Shown: positions 1-9,657 of the stretch, in pieces
Layout of the letters: every line of letters starts with the position of its first letter
How positions within the stretch are numbered: the stretch's first letter is position 1
Notes under the pieces: model-generated
Databases searched by the model: none
The model's input: only the letters and a program-made list of their open reading frames with translations
Told to the model about the DNA's origin: nothing
Translations under genes and position numbers: made by a program
Sequence record: MK250021.1
DNA: 64,000 nt
Direction: 5' to 3' (one strand)

Positions 1-330
1 CATTGATGCACATAGTGGTAATATTTTCTCCAATCTATAACCAAAAAATGAATCTGTTTCTGGTGTATCAAAATCCGTAATAACAAGAGATATTTCATCT
101 GACTGGACATATGCGAATTTACATCCTTGTATACATTCACATAAATATCTTGCGGTTTCATTCATAATATTAATGAATGTATCATCAAATGGTTTCTTGA
201 AATATTTTTTAATGGTTGATGAAAATGATCTACCGTCTAACATAACCATTACATAACTATTTGGCATTAACTTATAATCTGTTAAACCACGAAGATATAG
301 CATTCTATCTTCAATATTCTTAAATTTCAT
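1..330 (-). CDS. thg1: Thg1-like tRNA(His) guanylyltransferase / 3'-5' polymerase (runs off window start)
   Basis: Not in ORF track. Reads MKFKNIEDRMLY...VMLDGRSFS...FAYVQSDEISLVI, matching Thg1/TLP motifs DGxxF and YxQSDEIS. Confidence 0.85.
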   Translation of the reverse strand, partial: MKFKNIEDRMLYLRGLTDYKLMPNSYVMVMLDGRSFSSTIKKYFKKPFDDTFINIMNETARYLCECIQGCKFAYVQSDEISLVITDFDTPETDSFFGYRLEKILPLCASM

Positions 331-417
331 AATTATACAAATATAATAAAAGGATATTATCAAATAAATCAAATATTTGGTAATATCCTCATGTTATTAA
401 AAATTAAATATTCATTA

Positions 418-654
418 TTAATATACAAATTGAATCTTTGATTCAGCCATATTTGTGATACGCCATGAGAACATAGTACCACTCATTTGCTCAGTTACCT
501 TGTGTTCACAATTTGTAACATTTGTAGCCTCAACAAGATGCACTTCCTTAATTTTCTTAGGCTTACCATTATCTGGATTTTCTCCATCAATAACAACAGT
601 ACACATATAGAACTTATTGCCTTCTGATGGTTGCATTACTTTCATGTCTTCCAT
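418..654 (-). CDS. DUF4494-like small protein
   Basis: NGKPKKIKEVHLVEATNVTNCEHKV resembles the Bacteroidetes DUF4494 pattern (NGxxKKVxExYLVDAxSxTEAE). Confidence 0.5.
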   Translation of the reverse strand: MEDMKVMQPSEGNKFYMCTVVIDGENPDNGKPKKIKEVHLVEATNVTNCEHKVTEQMSGTMFSWRITNMAESKIQFVY

Positions 655-730
655 AAATTAAACAATTAAATTTGATTTTTTACTTCTTGCTTATCCTTCT
701 TAGTTTTAGTTTTTAAATTAATTATTTTTA

Positions 731-850
731 AAAAACCTATGTTTCTTGTTTCATAGACACACTACTTTTTAGTATAGTTATTATTTATAACTTCTGTCAT
801 CCATAGTTAGTATCTCCACAAGCGTAAATTCGGTAAAACTCAACCCTATT
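731..850 (-). ncRNA. Orphan TnpB omegaRNA-like scaffold (no adjacent tnpB)
   Basis: Near-identical to the 3' UTRs of both tnpB genes (AATAGGGTTGAGTTTTACCGAATTTACGCTTGTGGAGATAC...TATGAAACAAGAAACATAGGTTTTT), but starts right after the stop of the 851-1165 gene. Confidence 0.7.
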
Positions 851-1165
851 TTAAACTATTAAATTTAATTTTTTCTCTTCTTGCTTATCATTTTTATTCT
901 TCATATTCTTTCTACTTTCAAAAAGTTTCTTATCATATGGACTTAATTCCCTACAATTAGCACATATAAAAACTTTCAATGGAACTTGTGTAGTTTCTGA
1001 ACCTTGACCAATAAGCATACCAGGAACTTTCTTAAAAATAATACCAGGTATAAAAACCTCACATCCACAATTTGGACATACTTCTGAAGGATAATCTAAC
1101 GGATTTACCGCTGGCATATTTGCATTAGTACCAGCGGCATTTCCAAATAGTTTGCTATTTTCCAT
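851..1165 (-). CDS. Zinc-ribbon protein
   Basis: CPNC...CANC pairs; TAATG-type stop/start overlap with upstream S1-like gene. Confidence 0.7.
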   Translation of the reverse strand: MENSKLFGNAAGTNANMPAVNPLDYPSEVCPNCGCEVFIPGIIFKKVPGMLIGQGSETTQVPLKVFICANCRELSPYDKKLFESRKNMKNKNDKQEEKKLNLIV

Positions 1166-2274
1166 TAGTCAACTTTATTTTCTTCTTTTTCTGCATCAGC
1201 TGCAGCTTCTTCAGCCTCACGACGTGCAATAACAGCATCACGTTCATCAGATGGTACATCTGACAAAATTACACGATTCTTCTCAATCTTATGTACATAT
1301 ACCTGTACATTTGCACCTGCAGGAATTTCATTATTTCTCATTGCCTCGCGAGTCTCATCCTTTACAAGTGTCTTATGCAACATACCTGTAATAAACTCGT
1401 CAAGCTCGACGAACACACCAAATGAGGTTGTACCTGTTACTTTACCCTCAAATACATGGTCCTTATCATTCTCCAACAAATCCTCAAGTTCACGAAGCTT
1501 GACTGGAAGCATTGTTCTCAAGAACTTCTTACGTGATACAACAAAACCATAATTTGGATCATAAGATTCAATCATAACCTCAAACTTAGTACCAACCATG
1601 CTCTCAAAATCAGTTACACGGTTAGCTGCTGCCATTGAACCAGGCATAAATGCCTTAACCGTATTCATAATATCAACAACAAATCCACCCTTATTAGTAG
1701 ACAAAATTGTTGCGTAATATGCCTTAGACTTCTTGGTAATCTGTTCCTTCATCTCTCTCTCAAGAGTTTCAACATAACCATTCCAGATAGACGCTTTCTC
1801 AACATCACCCTCTGTAATCTTAGCATTCAAATCCATACCAAGAAGTTGTTCCTTAAACTTAGGGTCCTTCAATGCGGTTACAAACATATCCTTATCCATT
1901 GTCTTATCATCACCGACATTGAACTGATTAAAGAACTGATGTTCCTTATTAAGATCAACGATAACATTGTTAGAACCACCATTAATTGTCAACATCAATG
2001 TATCATCATCAATAGGATCAATATCAGAAATATGCACAAGTGCATTCTTAATAAGTTCCTTACTACCAATTACATGAACATTTGCATATGCATCATACAA
2101 ATCCTGTGCATAAGATTCATGACTATAAACTTTCTCGTTATTCTTTGTCTTAATATTCTTATTTACCTTAAGTGAAGTACCATTCCATCCATCATCATAT
2201 GGACTCCAATCAAATGAACCCGGTGTTGGTTCGCCCCATTCATAACGTTGGGTCAACTCATTAAATTTCGCCAT
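1165..2274 (-). CDS. Ribosomal protein S1-like protein (two S1/OB domains)
   Basis: ATILSTNKGGFVVDI...AFMPGS and FEGKVTGTTSFGVFVELDEFITGMLH are S1 repeat signatures. Confidence 0.8.
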   Translation of the reverse strand: MAKFNELTQRYEWGEPTPGSFDWSPYDDGWNGTSLKVNKNIKTKNNEKVYSHESYAQDLYDAYANVHVIGSKELIKNALVHISDIDPIDDDTLMLTINGGSNNVIVDLNKEHQFFNQFNVGDDKTMDKDMFVTALKDPKFKEQLLGMDLNAKITEGDVEKASIWNGYVETLEREMKEQITKKSKAYYATILSTNKGGFVVDIMNTVKAFMPGSMAAANRVTDFESMVGTKFEVMIESYDPNYGFVVSRKKFLRTMLPVKLRELEDLLENDKDHVFEGKVTGTTSFGVFVELDEFITGMLHKTLVKDETREAMRNNEIPAGANVQVYVHKIEKNRVILSDVPSDERDAVIARREAEEAAADAEKEENKVD

Positions 2275-2343
2275 TAAATATTCGTTTTTAAAAAATTAAA
2301 CTTAAAATTATCAAAAATTAAAAATTATTAAATATTAAATTAA

Positions 2344-3222
2344 TTACTGTTGTACTGTTGAAAGAACAGTAAATGATGTTTGATCAGTTGATTCAATTCT
2401 TACCTTTTGCTTTGAATCATTAGGTAATGTAATAATAATACTCTCTGCATCACCTTTAAGATTTACTGCTGTAAAGAAATTACTTCTGTAAATAGGTATT
2501 GCATTTTCTGCACCTGTACCATCTTTCAAGAAACCAAGCAAATAATCATAAGATTCATTTGTATCATCATACGCATAAAGTGCCCATTTGCCTGTACCTT
2601 CATCAATCTTTGTATAGAACTTAATAATATCTTTCTTTGCATCTGTAACAAAAATAGAAGAAATATTAGTAAGATTCTTCAATACATTCATTGAAATCTC
2701 AAATGACATAGGATTTGCAATAACATTAATTCTATCAAAGAAAAGTTCATCTGATACTTGTTCAAACTCAGATATATTGCAATCCTTTACCTTCATTGTA
2801 TTTGTACGAGATTTAAGTCTAATAGACTGTGCATGGAACTCATCTCCTACATGTCCCTTATAAACATCAAAATCTACATTCAATTGAAAATCTGTATCCT
2901 TGAAAATATCGATAACGGAAATAAATCGTGGAAGAATCATAAAGATACCAATCTTAATTCTTACATTATATTTCTCATTCCATTCATCAAGAGAATATGC
3001 AACATTATCATTATCTCTGATATTCAAAATTTCCAATCCAGCATTTTCAAAAGAAATCTTTGCATATTTAACTACAGTATGATCTGCAGTAAAACCCTTT
3101 GAAACAAAGCATTGTTCTTTCAAATCACATTCTATGAGAAGTGAACTTTGGATTTCCTTAAAGGCTTTCAACCATGTAGAAAATCCTGCAGTTGTTCCTT
3201 TATTCTTAAATACTAAATTCAT
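2344..3222 (-). CDS. Putative sliding clamp (T4 gp45-like)
   Basis: By-eye similarity to gp45 segments (WLKAFKEIQSSLLI; IGIFMILPRFISVIDIF; FEISMNVLKNLTNIS) and similar size; no search run. Confidence 0.45.
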   Translation of the reverse strand: MNLVFKNKGTTAGFSTWLKAFKEIQSSLLIECDLKEQCFVSKGFTADHTVVKYAKISFENAGLEILNIRDNDNVAYSLDEWNEKYNVRIKIGIFMILPRFISVIDIFKDTDFQLNVDFDVYKGHVGDEFHAQSIRLKSRTNTMKVKDCNISEFEQVSDELFFDRINVIANPMSFEISMNVLKNLTNISSIFVTDAKKDIIKFYTKIDEGTGKWALYAYDDTNESYDYLLGFLKDGTGAENAIPIYRSNFFTAVNLKGDAESIIITLPNDSKQKVRIESTDQTSFTVLSTVQQ

Positions 3223-3527
3223 TATTAAATTATGTTAAAATTAAACGTTTATAATTATTAGATATTTAACTTAATAACAACATATACAAACTTTATAATA
3301 TATGTGAAGTTAACCTAAGAAACTATATTATAATATAGAAGATAATTATCTAAATCTTATCTTATCTTTTTTTAAAAAATATAAATTAATTTAAATTCTA
3401 TATGCATAATTTATAAACTAAATTCTTCCAATGACTTAAATTTATAAATACATAATGTATATAAAATAAATATATTCATATTTTAATATTTTATTTATTA
3501 TATTGATTAACTTATAAAAAGTTTATA

Positions 3528-4550
3528 TTAAATTCTTGAAAAATTTTTAATAATTGAATTTATACGTTTTGTATGTTTTAATTGTTGTTGTGTAGTTGGC
3601 CATTTAGTATATCCTCTGCTAAACCATGTATGAACAGCAATTAAATTTGTATCATAAAATTCATTTTTAATATCATTGCTATATATCGCTGATGTTAATC
3701 CCGATAAATCAAATGTACAATTATTTTTTACAAAATCTGAATCATATAAATCTGTACCAAACAAATAATATATAGGTGTATCAGATAAAATTACTAATGC
3801 TTGCTACAATATATAATATGGTTCAAAATTAGGTTCTTCTTCATCTTTATAACTATATGGAATTTGATGGGGTTCAATTTTATTATCAGGATCATCTCTT
3901 ACTGTTTTACAATAAGGTGTCTCATGATTTGGTAAATCAACTCTTGTTTCTCGAAATATCTTTGCATTAGAAATCATTTTCATTGATTCTCCATTCATAT
4001 ACTTATATAAATCTTTATCTTTATTGTTTATTAATTTATTGATAAATTCTTTATATAAAGTATTAGGATTTTTCTCAAATTCGTTTGATATATATGTAAT
4101 TATATTATTAAAAGAAATATTTTTATCTCTTAATAATTTAATATTCCAAAAACTTAAAAAAGTATTAATCATAAAACGACTATGATTCCTATGACAAAAT
4201 ACCCCACCATCTTGAGGACCTGCTATACAACAACCACTTTGTACAAAATTCTTAAATTCTTTTATTAAAGATTCAAAATCATTAATAAAACAATCCTCAT
4301 CTATATAAATTACATAATCAAAATTTTTATTAGATAACATATAACTAAACATTAATAAAAATGCATCTAACCCATAAAATGGCTTGTTATCTTTTATACC
4401 TGGAATAACCCAAAAATTTTGAATAGGTATATATTCTATATATGTCTTTAATGACGGTATTAACAATGAACTAGGTAAACATATTGAATTTGTTACAAAG
4501 CATACTTTATTCTATGATAACCATGTTTTAATCTCTACTATATTATCCAT
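3528..4550 (-). CDS. Glycosyltransferase-like protein (GT-A, DxD), 340 aa in code 15
   Basis: Track ORFs 3804-4466 and 3528-3764 join in frame through TAG; start MDNIVEIK at 4550; motif YVIYIDEDCFI. Confidence 0.6.
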
Positions 4551-4602
4551 TTAAATAAAATTAAATTATTGTATATATTTTACTTTAAATTAATAATAAA
4601 GT

Positions 4603-4911
4603 TTACAATGTTGATATATTAAAGCCACAATAACTCAATAAAATTACTATACGGATAAAATCTTGCATTTTAACATTTTCAAAATCTTTAACTTGCTCAA
4701 GATGTATCTTTAATAATTTTATATCTAATGGTTTATTTTCCTTATATAGTTTATATACATAATCATAACATATTTCAAAAAGTTCTTTTTCACTTTTAGG
4801 CATATCACCATTAAGAATAGTATTCTTCATTTCTAAAGAATAATGGTCAAAGTCCATTTTCTCAAGGGACTTTGACCATTCATTAAAATCTTGTTTATTT
4901 GTTGTGTTCAT
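4603..4911 (-). CDS. Hypothetical protein
   Basis: Co-oriented operon member with short overlap. Confidence 0.6.
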   Translation of the reverse strand: MNTTNKQDFNEWSKSLEKMDFDHYSLEMKNTILNGDMPKSEKELFEICYDYVYKLYKENKPLDIKLLKIHLEQVKDFENVKMQDFIRIVILLSYCGFNISTL

Positions 4912-5620
4912 AATACTTTCTATACTCTTTGTATAATTTATCTATAATCAATTGGTTATCTAAATTTTCAATATGAATTTCATTTACCATTGCACATAAT
5001 TTCCATAATTCATATTGATTAATACCAGATTTTTCATAATCATGATACCATGTAGTTTCAGGAAACATCCATCCATCATCCTCGCCAATACCAAATATAT
5101 GAATATCATTATGTAATTTATCTATAATTAATGATACACCACCATATGATTGACAATGACTATTATATGTAAAATGGTAAAGTCTTATAGAAGCTTCATC
5201 ATAAAACCCTTTATCATAACAACCAAATGAATCCATCATATTACCTAAATAACACGGATCATAATCATATTCATATTTAACTTCTGCTAAATCATTATAC
5301 CAACGTGGTTGTCGATTTTTAATAACACCTATTTGAATAAGTTTATCTTCAATATCCTTATTATAAGGCCAATATTGCCATAAACAATTGCATCCATAAT
5401 GAGTTAATTCAGCAAATTTATATATATCATTCTGAATACATTCAAAGAATGGTGCATATTGCGTTTTATCTATATTATTTTCTTCAAAATATTTAAGATC
5501 ATAACCACAACAACTACCATCTGCATCGGCAAGTAAATCTTCTTTCTGTTTATCAGATAATTCAGTTTTATTAAATATATATGGTAACCATTCAGAGCCT
5601 TTATTATAATCTAGAATCAT
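4895..5620 (-). CDS. Hypothetical protein
   Basis: 241-aa open frame with ATGA overlap. Confidence 0.7.
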   Translation of the reverse strand: MILDYNKGSEWLPYIFNKTELSDKQKEDLLADADGSCCGYDLKYFEENNIDKTQYAPFFECIQNDIYKFAELTHYGCNCLWQYWPYNKDIEDKLIQIGVIKNRQPRWYNDLAEVKYEYDYDPCYLGNMMDSFGCYDKGFYDEASIRLYHFTYNSHCQSYGGVSLIIDKLHNDIHIFGIGEDDGWMFPETTWYHDYEKSGINQYELWKLCAMVNEIHIENLDNQLIIDKLYKEYRKYYEHNK

Positions 5621-5871
5621 ATGGTACCTCCTTTCTTTATTAATATAGGTTTATAATAATCCTGAAAAAATTCAGGACATGCTAAAGGATTAAATTCATT
5701 AGCTTTACGTAAATCTATATTTTCCCTTACATTTTTACAAAAAGGTTTAAGTACAGAAATTATATCATCTTCAAATATCTTTTCGCCTGTATTAATATCA
5801 ACTAAACCAGTCCATGCAACATCTGATCTTTCAGATACCCATTGATTATTTTTATTTAGCCATGTTCTCAT
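5617..5871 (-). CDS. YopX-like small protein
   Basis: WTGLVDINTGEKIFEDDII resembles YopX TGLxDxNGxEIYEGDI. Confidence 0.45.
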   Translation of the reverse strand: MRTWLNKNNQWVSERSDVAWTGLVDINTGEKIFEDDIISVLKPFCKNVRENIDLRKANEFNPLACPEFFQDYYKPILIKKGGTI

Positions 5872-5993
5872 TGTATAATTATCTTTTAGTTTTACATTTA
5901 ATTATACAAGATATTGAATAGAACAATAAATATATATATTCTATCCAATATCAGGCCGCCAGTTTCATTTATAGTTTGAAACAAACTTTTTAT

Positions 5994-6131
5994 TTATCGT
6001 ACATCACCAGTAAAAATTGCCCATATAAACTGAAGTACCATTCCGATAACTCCAAATACTACAGGAATAATTACACATGCAAGTGCAAATACAGCAATCG
6101 CTATGATGATACCAAGTAAAAACATTATCAT
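5994..6131 (-). CDS. Small membrane protein, 45 aa
   Basis: MIMFLLGIIIAIAVFALACVIIPVVFGVIGMVLQFIWAIFTGDVR; directly downstream of a TATCTTTG promoter; below track cutoff. Confidence 0.6.
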   Translation of the reverse strand: MIMFLLGIIIAIAVFALACVIIPVVFGVIGMVLQFIWAIFTGDVR

Positions 6132-6178
6132 AATCTTTATATTTAAATTGTTAATATTTATGTTTATTATTTACATTA

Positions 6179-6186
6179 CAAAGATA
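6179..6186 (-). promoter_or_regulatory. Bacteroidetes host-type (early) promoter -7 box TATCTTTG, representative copy
   Basis: Exact copies at 6179, 12027, 13360, 16228, 30694, 31016, 48266 (minus) and 40685, 44700 (plus), variant TATCTTCG at 51362; each just upstream of an operon start; matches TAnnTTTG. Confidence 0.8.
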
Positions 6187-6227
6187 CATAATATTTTCCT
6201 AAATAAAAAATATATTACCTAAAATTA

Positions 6228-6761
6228 TTAAGAATTTAAATAATTATGAAATGAACCATCATCAGAATCTCCAATAAGATTGTTCAATACATGCCAATAC
6301 TCAAGATAACGCTTTGCTTTCTCCATATCCTGTGTTTCTTTCTCCTTATGGTCAGATCTCCAAATATACTTAAATGAATTCAACTTACAGAAATCCATTG
6401 TTGCTTGTTTTCCAAATGTCTGAAGCATAGCTTCTATACATTGTAAGCCATTACCACCAGCGCCATAATGATTTGGATGTTCAACAACATTCAAATTCTG
6501 TGTACTAAAAATAGGATTTAATTTTGTCTTATGTAATTGTAAATGTGCAGGTTCATCCTTAAATACAATCTTCTCATAATTCAACGGTTCTCTATTCTAT
6601 TCAGCTACATTATCACTAATAGGTTCACCACATTTCTCGTCATTATCTGTTGCAACTTCATCGGTTCTATTAGAAACAAATACAATATCTTTATCATCCT
6701 TTGTACGTGTAGGTTCACCATATACAGGTTCCTATGTACGAGTTTCCTTATTATAACTCAT
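6228..6761 (-). CDS. DUF3310-family protein, 177 aa in code 15
   Basis: VEHPNHY...QCIEAM...FCKLNSFKYIWR...DMEKAKRYL; N-terminus extends through 2 TAG to MSYNKETRT. Confidence 0.75.
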
Positions 6762-6806
6762 ATTATATCAATTAGTTTTCATTTATAATTATACAGTAAA
6801 AATAAA

Positions 6807-7277
6807 TCATTGTTTAATAGATTTTAACGAAATTAATGTAGTTCCAGATAAATCTATTAAATCTTTTTCTTTTGATGAAAAATCTAATATATGTTGTGTA
6901 TGAGTTTCTTTAATTATACCATCGTTTTCCTATATAGGTTCTGGTTCAATTAACTAAGATAACTATTCATTATTATCTTTCTTATGTATCATATATAATG
7001 TATTCTGTTCTAACGCATCTTCTATTGAAAGCTCTTTAGTTGAACCATCAGCAAAATATGTTACGCTTGGTATTGGTGCATCTAAATCATAATACGTCTA
7101 AATAATATCATATTTAGAAGTATCTATATCATTTATACTTTTAATATTAGTTAAATCATCTTCATCATTATTTTCATCTACAATATCTGACGTAATATCA
7201 TTAACTCCTGTAAATTTTACTAATAGACAAAGAATAACAAAAAAACCTATACTTATTGATATTACTGGATCTATCAT
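6807..7277 (-). CDS. Membrane-anchored hypothetical protein, 156 aa in code 15
   Basis: Open only if 4 TAG are sense; N-terminal hydrophobic helix ISISIGFFVILCLLV. Confidence 0.6.
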
Positions 7278-7306
7278 AATCTCTTATTTTATTAAATTAA
7301 TAATTA

Positions 7307-7540
7307 TTATTTACTCTCAAAATTAATAGTTGATACATCTTCCACTTTTTCTTTTAAACTATCAACTGTTATTGTATGTGTATTCTGTTGCTCTTGTAAT
7401 GAGTCTACAATGAATTCCTGTGTTTGCTTAATATGCTTTAGCTTCTCTTCATAATCAATACGGAGACGATTTGCAATTACAAGCATCATTATAAATCCTA
7501 ATACAAATAAAACAATAAATACTGTTACTATTATATTCAT
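7307..7540 (-). CDS. Membrane-anchored coiled-coil small protein
   Basis: N-terminal TM helix then heptad-like region. Confidence 0.6.
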   Translation of the reverse strand: MNIIVTVFIVLFVLGFIMMLVIANRLRIDYEEKLKHIKQTQEFIVDSLQEQQNTHTITVDSLKEKVEDVSTINFESK

Positions 7541-7657
7541 ATTATTTTCTAATTAAAATTTTACTTTTTATTTATAGTATATTAAATCAATAAAGTTTAT
7601 ATATTAAAATAAAAAATGGATAGATAGTTAAACGAAAAAACTATCTATCCATCATAA

Positions 7658-8695
7658 TTATGCTTGATACGAATACTTGTCAAACAATGATTCAATATTA
7701 GAGGGATGCACAGCATTTATGCCGATTTCATTGCATTTTTTCAATGTATCATGGAAATCATCTATAAGACATACATCCTTAACATTCCACTTCATTTTAT
7801 GAGCAAACTGCTCAATAAAAACGTGCTTATAATTTTTATTTCCGACAAACATTCGGTTCTCAACAGGAATCTCTGGGAAATATTTATCAAGCCATTCATT
7901 CTTCTCATTCCACGCAATTGAATTAGCACATGCAGTCACAATATAAACATTCTTCATGTCATAATGTTTCTTAACAAAATCAATGATATGTTTAACAGGC
8001 TTCAAATTTTTAAATAGTTCGCTACTTACAAAATCTGAATTTCCGTTAATATCAAGTTTTACCTTGCCATAACAAGCTAATGTACCATCCATGTCAAGAA
8101 GTAAATACTTATTGGTAAAATAATCAACGCGAATGAATTCATCTACCAATGGGATGTACTTATTCTTACATGCTTCAATACGTAAATTTTTCTTATAAAT
8201 ATCTTCAATTGGAACTTTACGAGTTCTTCCTTGAAGTCTATTTATACAAACTTCTACAGGAGTATCAAAGAATATACAAGTAATCTTATCTACATTTTTA
8301 TTTCTTAAATAATCTATAATACTAAGATTATAATGATTATTAATTCCACCGCCGTCAAGAATAACATTACAATTAATCTTTGAACTATCTGCAATAGCAA
8401 AAATTATTTTTCGTGTTATTTGAACAGACTCTTCATGAACAACTTCCGGATGTTCATCAGTATAACCTTTTAACAATGGTTTAATTTCATCAGCAGAAAT
8501 TACTATTGTTTCATTTATACAAAGATTATCTTCAATTGTCTGAATAATTTTATCTAAATTACATTCATCAAATGGTTTATCTAAAATAGATGTTAACCAT
8601 TCAATGAGATGCAAAATATTTGGATAATTCTCTTGAAGATATGTACTTTTACCAGATGCAGGCAAACCGAGGAAGTATGAGAACTTACTGATCAT
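7658..8695 (-). CDS. Kinase-phosphatase fusion (AAA_33 P-loop + HAD), PNKP-like
   Basis: GLPASGKST Walker A, VILDGGG, C-terminal LLLDMDGTL and LIDD HAD motifs. Confidence 0.75.
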   Translation of the reverse strand: MISKFSYFLGLPASGKSTYLQENYPNILHLIEWLTSILDKPFDECNLDKIIQTIEDNLCINETIVISADEIKPLLKGYTDEHPEVVHEESVQITRKIIFAIADSSKINCNVILDGGGINNHYNLSIIDYLRNKNVDKITCIFFDTPVEVCINRLQGRTRKVPIEDIYKKNLRIEACKNKYIPLVDEFIRVDYFTNKYLLLDMDGTLACYGKVKLDINGNSDFVSSELFKNLKPVKHIIDFVKKHYDMKNVYIVTACANSIAWNEKNEWLDKYFPEIPVENRMFVGNKNYKHVFIEQFAHKMKWNVKDVCLIDDFHDTLKKCNEIGINAVHPSNIESLFDKYSYQA

Positions 8696-8700
8696 AACTA

Positions 8701-9639
8701 TTATAAATTAAATTGTTCTTTAATTTTATCCCATTTTCTATGTAATATATCAGAACATTGTATAGCATAATTATATAATTTAATAACATCATTTTTCCTT
8801 GAAAAATATGCTTGTATACAACCATGATTATCTATACGAAGATGAAAATTAATATTATAATACTAATCAATAATATCAAATAATTCAACATATAATGGTT
8901 TCCAACTAATATGATTACTTATTGATATTGATATACCTGTTCTTGATTTTGAAATACAACCATCACCATCTAAAAACCCTATTAAAAAATATATTAAATA
9001 CGTTTTATCATAGAATATAGAAATATTTGGTGAATTATATGTTTTCTACTTATCAATCAGATTAAATATTTTTTTCCATTTTTCACAAAAACATTTATCT
9101 CCTATACGTATACTACAAGTTGTATATTTTCCAAAAGTTGAATCTGCTTCACGTTCTCGAATAGTAGTATTTAACCTATTAGCTAATAACTAAAGATTAT
9201 TTTTATCTCTATTTGAAATAGAAATAATAAATTCATTTTTTTGTGATATACAACCATCTGCTATAAAAAATCCCCACCAATAATAGACTTCCTTATTATT
9301 TAAATTATTCATAAAACTTAAGTTTCCGTGTCTACGTCTATCTATATTATGAGGAAATTTCATACGTTCACACGCTTGAAATTGTATAGCATTATAACTA
9401 AGAGTTGGAAATGCATCTAATAATTCCTATTTAGATGCATTATACCATAACTCTTTTAGTTTTGCATTATTTTCATCAGTCCATTTAAAATTACAATGTA
9501 TTTGTAACTCATGTGCTTTTTTCTTTATAGCGCTTTTTGTTCTATTTGGTAATAAATTAATACATTCAGTTAATCCTGATATAGGATAATACTATTTTAA
9601 TATATTAATTTCATTTTCATTCCAAAATTTATACTACAT
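8701..9639 (-). CDS. Free-standing LAGLIDADG homing endonuclease with N-terminal HTH-like repeats, 312 aa in code 15
   Basis: Absent from track; YWWGFFIADGCI and FLIGFLDGDGCI motifs; starts ATG TAG. Confidence 0.8.
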
Positions 9640-9657
9640 AAAAAATATATTAATTTT

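Noticed and set aside
3223-3527. AT-rich intergenic stretch as replication origin
   Set aside because: No iterons or distinctive repeats beyond background AT content
8701-9639. Group I intron around the LAGLIDADG gene
   Set aside because: Flanking genes (nadV and the kinase-phosphatase) are intact with their own start and stop, and there is no room for an intron core
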